Shown here: positions 25,137-37,100 of the stretch, in pieces | Layout of the letters: every line of letters starts with the position of its first letter | Position numbering within the stretch: the first letter of the stretch is position 1 | Source of the DNA: Nemertoderma westbladi | Lineage: Eukaryota; Animalia; Xenacoelomorpha | Direction of reading: 5' to 3' | Assembly (NCBI GenBank): GCA_032718475.1 | Contig: JAUCBJ010005067.1 | Coordinates: forward strand, 1-61,125 | DNA length: 61,125 nucleotides | Position numbers and translations under genes: made by a program | Notes under the pieces: generated by a model | Told to the model about the DNA's origin: nothing | The model's database searches: none | The model's input: only the letters and a program-made list of their open reading frames with translations

Positions 25137-28100
25137 CTAAAAAATAAGGTAGAAAAAAATAATGATTTAGATAAATAGTTTTGGAAAACAGTTGAAAGAT
25201 ACCTAAGAGTTCGTTTTTATTCATTGTATCATCGCAAAAACAAATCCATAGACAAATGAGGCAGTGGATCTCACCAACGTTGTAGTGGGGATAAAATACA
25301 TACAGCATAGTGCCACGAAGAAAATAAATAAAATTATATAAAATTAATAAAAAAAAAACCAAAAAATCAAATATTTACTTTATTTCGGCGTTAAATAAAC
25401 TTAATGATAACCCAAAATAACATTTTAACTATTTTCTGGAGCATTAACAAGATACACATTATAAGGGCTGTGCAGGAACATCAAAATAGAACATTTTCAA
25501 GCCTATTTCAGAACCGTTATTGTTTCACCGATAAAATGTATTGGCTTTAAACCTGGTTACACGAAGGGACAGTTTTGGTTTTTATTCTGATACTATATCT
25601 TGTCCCCACAATTAATTAATGAAGTACGTAATTAACATACCGTTGCATAATGTGTAATAGTGCTATATATTGGTTACAGGAAGGACAACTCTACTACAGG
25701 ACTGGCAGAACTGAAATTCGGATACTGCTAGCGGTGTCCGACATGCAAGTTAATTAAATTCATTCAAAATCATCGAAAAAGGAGCTCAATGAAGTAGATA
25801 TCACCATAACGTGAATCACGATTGAGCGCAGAAACTCCGGTGAATTACAAACTAATTAATTACAGGACGTTACTATTTTTGAATCAATGTATATGTATAA
25901 TATTGACATACAGGCTTACCGGGTGTACTTGTTCAAATCAGCTAAGTTATATTATAGATATACAGTTATAGGGGAGACCATCAATTTCTCCCATATCTTC
26001 CCCCCCCCCCCCCCCCCCCCCCATTCCCCCACAATGTCAAAACAAAATAATGGCCTTGAAAAGGGTTCTTAATTAATTAATTTGTAGATTTTTTTCGTGC
26101 TATTAACATTTTTATTCTAGCATGTAACAACAGCATTTATATTCTAGAACACGTTTGAGTTGTTTTTAGATTGGTTTAGGTTGTTTTGCATAGTGGCTTT
26201 AGCTTTAAGTAGAAACAATTCCTTAAAATAAAACTTTAAATTAAACTTATCAATTTGAAATTCTGGCGTCAAATTACAGACTGGAGACATAGAAACCATG
26301 GTAGATCGACCACCGTGGCGTAGTTTGAGCATAATACAAACTATAGATGTAGCTAAACACCCAGGATTGTTTTCAGCATAACCAAAAACGCTATGTCCCT
26401 GGTAGATAAACCGTGGTTTAATCTTGATTTCATCTACTATAACGGAGACAACGTTATTTCATGTATTGTTTAATAACTACTCTACTCTTGAGATCTCGGA
26501 TTTTTCGCTCACTGGGCGAGATAACCAGATCTTGAAGCGACTGATATCGCAATCTTGGGTAACCTTCGGCTGCTAAAAGCCATTCAGAAATTTTAAAATT
26601 CTTTGAAACATGGAGAGATAACTGACGGGAAAGAAATTCTAATCGTTTCATCGTCTTTTCATCTTTCTTCTCCTTTATTTCCGGATTTGGTTTTGATAGA
26701 GTAGGTAGTAGAGTTGTCCTTGATTACAGGTCAAACAGATGGGAAAACATGAAAGGATAATATCTGGTTGTTTAGTAGGGATAGGCCTGTTGGTTTTGGG
26801 TTGTTGATGAAAGTTTTCTGTTAAGACATAAGAATCTTAATTATTTGTGTTTGTCGAATTATTAAATTAATAATTGCTAATAACATTTATTTAATAATTA
26901 AATTAATAATTGTTACTAACCTTTATTTAACACATTCTAAATACATATAGCTTTTCAAACCAATGTATTAAAAGTTTTTAGATTAATTGAAATAGGTAAA
27001 TTATTTTTATGTATTCCAACTGATTAATTCGATTCAATAAAATATCAAATTGAGAGGTGGAATAAAGAAAATAAAAAATAAATAAATAAATAGGCCTAGT
27101 AAATAATAAAAATGTAAAGAAATTTACTAACTAACATGCTTTTGATAAAGTATTATATAGATTATAGTATTATGACCCTCGATTTTTAACACTTGCTTCT
27201 GTTGTGTAATAAACCCACATAAAGCTAGGGGCATAAAGCAAAAGTACAACTTTTCACAAACAATGTTTGTATTTGTCTTTGTTGCTGTGCTTGAATAATA
27301 TGAATATCCTTATATTTGCTCCCAGTAATTTAACTGGTACTCATTTTATCGACCCCAGTGGATGACAGGCTGAGTGGACCCTGGCGGGGCTGAACCTACA
27401 ACCAATAGATTACAGGCCTGGCGCTCAACCAACTGAGATAGCCCGCGAATAATATGAACATTTTATTAAAATGAGAAAAAATGAGTTTCTCCAGAAATCA
27501 TTCAAACAAAAATAAAATCTATATAAATATGTAAAAAATACTCTGGAAGGTCCATCTATCACATTCAAAATATGATAGGTTCTAGAACATATCGCAGAAA
27601 TGTTATTGATATTACAGTAGCATAAATTCTGGTCAGAGGTGCAAAACGCTACAATTTCCGAACATGCAATTTTTTTGTAGAACTGTAAAAAGTTGATATA
27701 AGTAGAGTAAGTCCTAAAAAAATACCATGTACCATGGAAACAGAAAGTCATATAAATCATAACTATAATTACTTTCATACGGAATTCTAACCTTGACATC
27801 ACCCTCCTAAATCATTATAAGGCTGGTTTACACGTATTAACTTTTAGACCAACTTGGTGAGCAACTTAGGATAGGTTGCCCATCAAGTTGATCAAAATAA
27901 AGCCGCGGTAACTATGAGAGATAAATAGACAAACTTAGTTGCAGTGTAATAAAGAAAACTTTGGAAACCTTTCCAACTGAAGGGGGGGGGGGGGGGGGGG
28001 GGGGGGTATACCCCCCATGAACCTTTTTTTAAAATGGCTGTCAATTAGTGTTAAATGATAATATTGCTATTTTGTCATGGCCAACCACTGTATGGAAGGC

Positions 28101-31100
28101 CAAATAGCCTTTATAGTAAAATTTGAAAATTTGTAGCCTCCCCCTAGCGGCTGGCGGCGGAATTAAAGATTTCACTAAAATTGCTACTACTCCCTCAATT
28201 TTGGTCCAAATTTCTTGAAACCAACTTTTTTGGACTCAGCGTGATCGACTCTACAAATGTTATCTTATAGAATTTTTAATTAGCCAATTTTATTTTAATT
28301 AATTAATTTAATTTAATAATTATCATATTTTTAATTAAAAATGGCTAATTAGAAAAAATGGTAATATTTATCAAAATTCCATAAGATAACTTTTAAAGAG
28401 CTTCCAAAGCTCGTTCGAATGAGCCATAAACGAAGAAAATTGGTTGAAAAATGTCGGAGGAGTAGTAATTTGAAAATGAAAAATGTCATTCCGAGAAAAT
28501 GCCCTTCAAAGTTTAAACCGTCCCGCCAAAATTGGCTGTCTGTGTTCTGGTTGGTTAATTATTTCTGGCACGAATGATGCACACCAACGAGCTAAAATGT
28601 TCATTACTGGGGTTTTCGGGGTCGCTGATTTCATTTCCGATGTCAGTTTTAATTTTTGGTGGAATCTAGTCTATCTGTCTGTCTGTCGGTCTTCTGTCTT
28701 TCTTACAATTTGACGGACAGACCGTCATACGGAAAAACAGTGATAACTCGAGAACTGAAAGAGGTCTCACTAAGCGGTTTTCAGATTTGTAATCCTCATT
28801 AAATTCTGCTCTAGGTGAGATAAAGAAACAATAATTTGAAAATTTTACCTGAGGGGGGGTATACCCCCCCCCCCCCCCCCCTTAAGTATTCCAAATGTTA
28901 CAAAATTAGGAAACATTCTAAATATATTAACCAAAAGCATAATTGCCCTTCAATTGTAGTTGAGCCATTGAAGTGGGAGGGAGTTGGTCAGTAACCTCGA
29001 TAAATCATATAATCTCATATAATCTCTTGAAATCACTCTATCACAATTAATGAATTTAAAAACTATTCCAATTTAGAAAGAAATAATTTAAGGATCACTT
29101 TACATGTTGCAATTATATTACAAGTATCAGGTATTTTCTTGTTACCATGGCAACCAAAAAAATGTCGAATACCTATACATTTATCAAACAGTGTTTTTAA
29201 AGATTTCAAGCACTATTTCATGATCTGTATTGAGAGGATATAGCAGACGTGGTTTCTTAAATTCCTAATGAAAGTGTCAAATTCTGTAAAACTTTAGACA
29301 CTAATAGCCCCCCCCGCCCCCCCACACACACCCCACAATAATACCCCGCAAAATAATAATTTGATTCGGAAATTCAGAATATCATAATAAATCACATAAA
29401 AATCCTGATTTACAACAACTTAATTTACATGACACATAAATCTAACATAATTAACAGATAATACAGTTTCTTAAAATCAAACTGTTCCAGACAACACTAT
29501 TACATCATGATAAATTAAATAATTTCCAAATCAATGCTATGGAGCAGTTGGGGGTAATAAAAGTAGGCCTACTGATTAACATAAAGCAAAAAGCAAGAAC
29601 ACAGCAAGTGGTTTTCAAAAAGATTTAGTATTGTATAATATAATATGCGAAAGTCAATTTCATATTTAAGCATTTTCTATTAACTTTCAAATTTAGAAAT
29701 CGTTTGATGTAACAGTACTAATTATACTATTGTATTGTAGATTCTAGATTGTAGCGTTTACAGTTAATTCTGCTAATTGGTCTCTATCTATTATTTAATA
29801 TTATTTCTCGCCACAGTGATGATTGTAGACAGGACGTAGATAAGCATAGTGTAATGGTTCTGATTAACTAGGATCTGTATATGATCACAAGTTAGGATTT
29901 AATAAAAATCACAATAAGAAATAAATACTAAAAATACATAAAATAAATCAAACTCTCACCATCTGACGATATTGACAAATATATGTTAAGATTTATAAGA
30001 TCACAGTGAAGTCTAAGTTCATTAACATTAAATAAGATTTAATTTTCATTAAGTTTCACTTTAAATAAAATATGGAATCGAAATTTTTACATTTGGACTA
30101 TAACAACTTCCAGGAACTATCCGATTTATACAGAAATTGCGCAACACTTAGTTAAGCCAATTCCACAATGGCGACACAATTTAGCGGGGACTGACTTCGG
30201 AGCAAACTTATTGCAGCCAATGCAACGGTCCTGTTTGGGAGGGTACTTATGTTTCATGCAGAGCCACGCTCCCGACTCTTGGCTGAAGGGCACATTGTTT
30301 CCACATAACACGCACGCATCCTTGCTGCATCCACCTCCTGGCTTAAATATCCCGGGACGGGATTGACAAAACTGGCACAATAAGGCTTTACTGCACATCT
30401 GTGGCATTGCAGTTTGCACTGCTGTAGTGCAGCGTAATTTTGACATAATCATCTGCCTCTGCATAAGATTCATGTTAAACGACCGATGATCAGACCGCAT
30501 AAACTTCAGTAACAAACCTTTTTGATTTGATTGCATTAAATGATGTGGTAACTCCTGTTGAACCACAAACATCGTTTTGCAATGCTGGTAATAGTATGTA
30601 GACAGCTTTTTATGGTAAGGGAATGCGGCATCTTGGGTGCTTAAAAATAAGGATCGGGTGACGTTTGCAACGGATCTGTGACGTAGGAATATCTTGTCGG
30701 GAGTCCCATAGGACGAAGCATTCCTTAAAAATGTACTGATTCTGCGTTTTGCTATGATAAATTTCAAACCCGGAGCGGGGATGTTGTTATCAATATCTCC
30801 TAGTAGGAGTTTCAATTCGACCACATCCAATCCGCCCTTGGCACAAGCAACATAACACAAAATATCCTTGATAAAGCCTGTTATATCCTCAGCAATAATT
30901 CTCAAAATAACTTGTTTCAGAAGATCTTCTAGACTATCTGGTAAGTCACAAATTCTTTCAGTAAGCTTTTCAAATATACCAAATACCCGAAGCTCCTCGC
31001 ATGCAATAGATAACCAAAAAGGATTGCCGGCACCTTTTCTTGTGACCAGCGCAATTTGTTGACTTCTGTCCAATTTTTTGTTAAAACGGCGAAAGAAATG

Positions 31101-34100
31101 GTTCACCAACTCTGTCTTACTAGTCTCTTTAAATTCAGTCAAATTCAGAGACCAAATTATTTTCGAAGAAAATAAGATTTTAGACGGCGTTAGCCCTTCC
31201 GTGGTCGTACTAATTAAGATGGAGACATTATGAGGGATTTTGGAAGGCAACCACAACATATGTTGAGTAATTTGACTATCACTAAGCTCATTGGCTGCAT
31301 CTATAACAATAACGTATTTCTTAGCGGGATCTATGTTATCAAATAGTTTGTTTTTGAAATCGGAATAATCAACATTTTGGTGAGGGATATATTCCACACC
31401 GAGATATTCACACAGCCGTCCGAATAACGTATTGATCTCCAAGGCTAACGTATTGCATCCAACGAAGTGATAAAAAACCTCATGTGTGGTGCATTCACTT
31501 AACCGCCGACAGACCTCAGCAACAAGTGTAGACTTCCCCATTCCAGGTCCTCCGTTTATAACTAAAGGACATTTACAAGCGTGTGGTTCATACTCGTCAT
31601 CTTCAGTAACAGAATCTTCACTCTTTTTCTTAACTAGCAATTTCTTATTGATTTCATCTTTTAATAGAAAGTTCAACGCGGAAACAATTTCTTCATCAAC
31701 ACCAATAACAAACTCGGATTTTTTACTTATATGGTCGATATGTGGGGAACTCTCGAGGTAGTTTACTTCTACGGGTTCCTTGATTACTTCAGGAAATTCC
31801 TTATCAATAGCACGCTTAAAAAAACTCAGAACATCATTTGCTAATGAATCCATGCCTTTTAGAACCACATTACCATCAACAACACTAGCCACAGACGGTT
31901 TGTAACTAACTAATTGACCACTTCTTTCAAATTGAGTTCTTAATCGTGATTTAAGCTCATTAAACTGATGTTGACTAGAAATCACTCCTTCTTCAAACTT
32001 CTTAGCGACATCAACAGGAAGGTCCTTCATAAAATCCTCTTCACGAAGAGCAAAAAAGCAATTCTTAGAAGATTTCGTTCGCAACGCCCCTCTAATTATT
32101 TCCATATGAGTTATAGAGACATTATCAACCCAGTCGAAACGACTTTTAATCTCTGGAGACAGTAGATGAGGCTGAGGAACCCAACCATACCGACCACCTA
32201 GTAGACACAGGAAGTAAGGGTCGCCGTCAGTTTCCGAATAACACTGCTCCAACTCGTCAAGACAGATGGCCACAGTTTCGTCTGCGTTCGTGTCCTTCGG
32301 CACCCCCCAACGGAGGTCTGTCTCATACAGTCGCAGTCTGCGCGACTCGCAGTATTCCCTCAGCTCCGGCAGCACGGTCTTTATGATGAGTTCCCGCTCG
32401 TTGAACATGTCGCTAAATGTGGAAGAGATAAAGAAGCGAAGAACCCCCCAACGCTCGCGAGAAGGGCGTCTTAGTGGCGGGGCGTCAGCTCGGCCTGAGG
32501 ATATTTGTTTATCTATAGTTGCCCAGGACAACCGCACGCGATTCATAAGCTCTTCCTTGGTTTCCATGATCAATTTACGGTACTTATTACTCAATTAAGA
32601 CTACGATTATTACTCAAAACACTAACACGAGAAAAAATGTTAATGTTAAAATTAATTAAGTCCAAATATACTAACTATTTAATTTACTCAAAAAATAATA
32701 TCTCCTCCATAGAGAATAGACCGTTTAAATTAAAGATTAAAGAATAAATAAATAAATAAATGTTAAATAACGATGTCTTTCACGACAATACATACTGTGT
32801 TTTAAATATTATCTTATAGAGTTTCGGTAAAAGAAGTATATAGTCAGTCTAATTCAAATAACTCCATATTGTTTAAATAAGATGAACTAATTAAAATTAT
32901 CTGTAGTCGTTTGCTATACTATTGTATCTGTGGTCGTTTGGTATAATATCCTCAACGTACAAAGTCTCATATTTATGACGTTTGAAATTAATTACATAAA
33001 ATAAATGGGATAAATAAATAATTTTATCACACAAGGTAAAGAATATTCATTAAATCAATTATTATCAAATCTCTGCATTGTAAAACACTGAAGTAACAAA
33101 TATTATAATCGAAACAAGTAACTGGAACTCGAACTCGAAGTCTACCATTTTTATATAAAAACGTCTCGTCACTTAAACGTCGTCATCAGCCTTGACGCAC
33201 AATAAACTCATACAGCAGACCTTGCAGACAAATACTTACATAAACAAAACAGAGACATACTTACAAAACAAAAAGACTAGTGCTACATTAACGAACACAT
33301 CAATACAAAACAACAACAGTACGCCTACATTAGTGTACGAGACTCGTGTACCATACATAACATCACCAGACAAAATATTATGTACAATGTACATACCAAC
33401 CCGTGGTTCACGCACACCAAGTCAGTGAAACTTATTATACAGCCCTTAGTACCGGTACGTTTCAAATAGGCATCGAGTGTGCTGACTTTGATCACGAATT
33501 CCGAAGGCCAAGCCCTCTCTTAGCGAAATTATCTTGTCTGTAATTTTCTACTAGACTCATTATTCTGTTATTATATTGAAAGAGCCTGAGATGAGATATT
33601 GACGTCCATGATAGCACGCAAAATTAAAATTCATACACACATAAATTGATAAATACATAAATATAAATTGTGCCATGGAGAAGCCATCCAACACCAATTT
33701 GCACCCGGATAATCTATTAGATTTGCAAAACAATTATGTCAAAGAAACAATTATTTATTACTACACATAGGCATACCAGTTAACCAGTGTGTTTGTCTTT
33801 GTCTCTATCTCATAAGGTAGTCAATGTTAATATAGTGTTTACAAAAGCAGAAGAATAGTCAACATCAACATTATCCCTTGCAACATGGCCTACTATACTA
33901 ACTACTATACTGTACTATATATGTACCAATGTAGGCCTATACAGTCATAGATCAGTCTTTCATTTTAGTCCATCCTATTGTTTTCTCCATTTCCATGGAG
34001 CTTAGCGCTTCGGAACTGGCGGTAATTTCAAAAATATAAACGTACAATACGTCATGTACCGGTGCAGCGGTGCGGTACTGGTATAAATTATGCACCTAAG

Positions 34101-37100
34101 ACATTGAATTTTTTTTTCTTGTTTTGCTTTTACTGCCTAAGCCTGTCAGCCAGTCTGCCAGTACAGCAAAGCAGTAAGCAGGATGTTACCAGTATTCAGT
34201 CTTCGGATGTCTACAGGTCTTGGGTCTACTGAATTTTAAATCGGAGTTTTATCACTCGCTGGTACATGTGGTACAGTACAGTACGGTTTGGCATAAATAG
34301 ATACAACTACCTGACTACGGCAGTCTGACAGTGCTGCAGTGTGTAGGTCTGTAGGTTAGGTTATTTAGTGGTAACCCCGTCAGCCCGTTCCCGTTAGCGT
34401 CGATGGCAGGATGGACTGTTAGGTTAGGGGGTAGCGTAGCAGCGGTATGCATCCCTATTGTAGTAGTAGGGACTACCAAGTACGGTAAGCAGCTGGTATA
34501 GCGAGCAACTACAGACAGACTTGACGGTTCTTGAAGTTGCTACTTAGTATCGCCAGATCGCCAGAGTTTTACATTTTTTACAGGTATGTCTACTTTAGCC
34601 TACTGGTACTGTATTCATAAACGTGCATGGATGACTCTGCGACCATAGGCCTACCAGATATTGGATTTAAATGTATTGTTTGCATTCAACAATTCATAAC
34701 TACTGACCATATTACCGCCACATATTGTGGGCACTTTTTTCATCACGACTGTTTGAATAAATGGGTAAGCAAGTCTCGAACTTGCCCAGCTTGTCGCACA
34801 AAGATAACATCCAATAAGGTCATACAGCGAATTTACTTCGATGTAAGTTCTTCCCCTGCAGTTCCTTGCGAATCCATTGAGAGCCTGAAGGTGAGAAGTG
34901 CAGAATTAACCGCTGTGCAAGACAGGCAGGAAACTGAAATATCGTCGTTAAAAGCCAAAAATTCAGTACAAAAATTACAACTAGAAGAGGAAATAAAGAC
35001 AAGAGATTCATGCGAAAGGTACAACGCGAATCTCGATCTGTCAATCTGTAATCAAAATCATATCATCGACCGATTTAGAGGTAAGGTTAAAGAAAGGGAA
35101 AAATGCTTGAGTGAAATCAAAATCTTGAAGGCCAAGTTGAATGAAGAGGGATATTCTGAATTTAATAATATTATTGAGGCTCAAAGCCGACTGGATATAA
35201 CTGATTACAAGTCGTCCAAGACGAATGTTAAAAGTCAGGTGTCATTTTGTTTAGAGGTGAAGAATGAAACAAATTCCCTCTTGGAAAGTAAAAAGAAAGT
35301 TGATGAGGCAATCATTAAATTGATCGGCATCAGCGATAATAACAAGACGCGACGAGAACGATTGTCACGGGAAGTTGACGCGAAACGAAAAGAAGTCACT
35401 GCCTTGAAAACTCGTGGCTCTTTCGAAACAAAAAAACTAAATCAAGTAAAAACAGAACTATCTGAATTAGAATCTCGCATTAAAGAATTGACGGTTGTTG
35501 ATAATCCTAGCAATAATAGGGTATCCAAGCGACGGCAGGCGCCGCTGGTTAACGAATATCTCGAAGTAAAGAAATTAAAGTTAATAAGCGAGCCAAGTGG
35601 GAACCAAACCCCATTGCTATCACTCCCATGTAAAAGTTCCACGAATTATGTTAGTTATCATCGCCCTAATCTAATCAGAGAAACGATACCTAATCTCTTG
35701 AATCCCAAGACAACAGACCATATTCCGAATCTTTCTATGCCTAATACAGTCCCCCTACTCCCGCTGAAAGCTACCTCTTCAAAAAGTAAATCCGGTTTAT
35801 CCAAAGAAAATAAACAAAAGAACTTACTGCAGAAATATTCTGAAGTACATCGTCCAAAAAGAGAAGGAATTTTAGAGACTCCTTCCACTTACAGGATGAA
35901 TAAAAAAGGTACGAGTAATAATACTGCTGAAGCCAACGGCAATGCCACAAACTTAATTGAACAATCAAATCCATCATTCCTCGAAGCAACAGGTAAAGAA
36001 GTTCGAGAGAAACGAGTAGAGAGGAGAGTTGTGTCGAGGAATAATATGGAGCCAGAATGTCCAGATAGTCCGTGTTTTAGTGACTTTGATGAAACTATAG
36101 ATGCAGTTGTCTACGACGACGCCGCCGATGAGAATTTAATGAACGACTTAAAAGAAGCCGCAGAGGTTGAAAAGATCCTGAAAGACCTAGATGAGGATGA
36201 CGTCATATCGGCTTCAACATTTGTTCCTATGGAAACGATACCCGAATGCGATACAGAGAAGGAGAGTGCCAGTAAGCGGTCGACAAATAGTCGTAATGTG
36301 TTCAAAATAATTAATCCAGAGAATTTGGCTGTTCCCGAGGGAAAAGTTCGCCCGTTGTCAATCCGAGAAGCTGTTCCGGCAAAAAAACGACCGGCAAAGT
36401 CGGTCCATAAGAGCAAATCCCAGGACATTCGCAGTTTTATACCCAAAACCAATCCGATTCCAGTTATTAAGAAACCGGGGCTAATAAAGTCCAACTCCGA
36501 CATACGAACATTATTCGGTCGGGTCGTCAACATTAATGACCAGGAGAACGTGGAATTCCGTAACAAGTCTGGAGGTCCCAGCGAGGGTGACAATGATAGT
36601 GTGATAGTTATAGATGACCTTATAGTTATAGACTGAGGTTCCTATTGTATAATAAATTGTTTTATAATGTTGTAAATGGCCTATTTAATATATAAGTGCA
36701 GTTTCTTTCGTTTTAAAGAGTTTTCTCCACGGATAATAATATTTTAAGTTATAAAACGAGGATCTTGATTATACTTTTTTTAAAGCTTTCGCATTGTTTA
36801 TATACGAATAAATCAAATAAAACCGCATTCGATAGTTCGTTAATTCACAATAATTATGGTTGTTGCCAGCCACACCCGAAATTACTGACATTTTAGGAAG
36901 TCAGAAATAATTAGCATAGAAACAATAGAACCACTCAATGAAACTTATTTGGTTACTTCATAGCAAACATCTTACCAGAGTGACGTCACCATTTTATACA
37001 GCAACCGACGTTCCAATCGTCTTTAAAAATTTGAATTCTTCAGAATTAAACAGTTTTTTTCAAAATATATTTTTGTTTTAAGCACTTACATTAGATTATT

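Noticed and set aside
27380-27446. Possible tRNA gene
   Set aside because: The B-box is degenerate and it runs into a SINE-like core, so it is called as a SINE.
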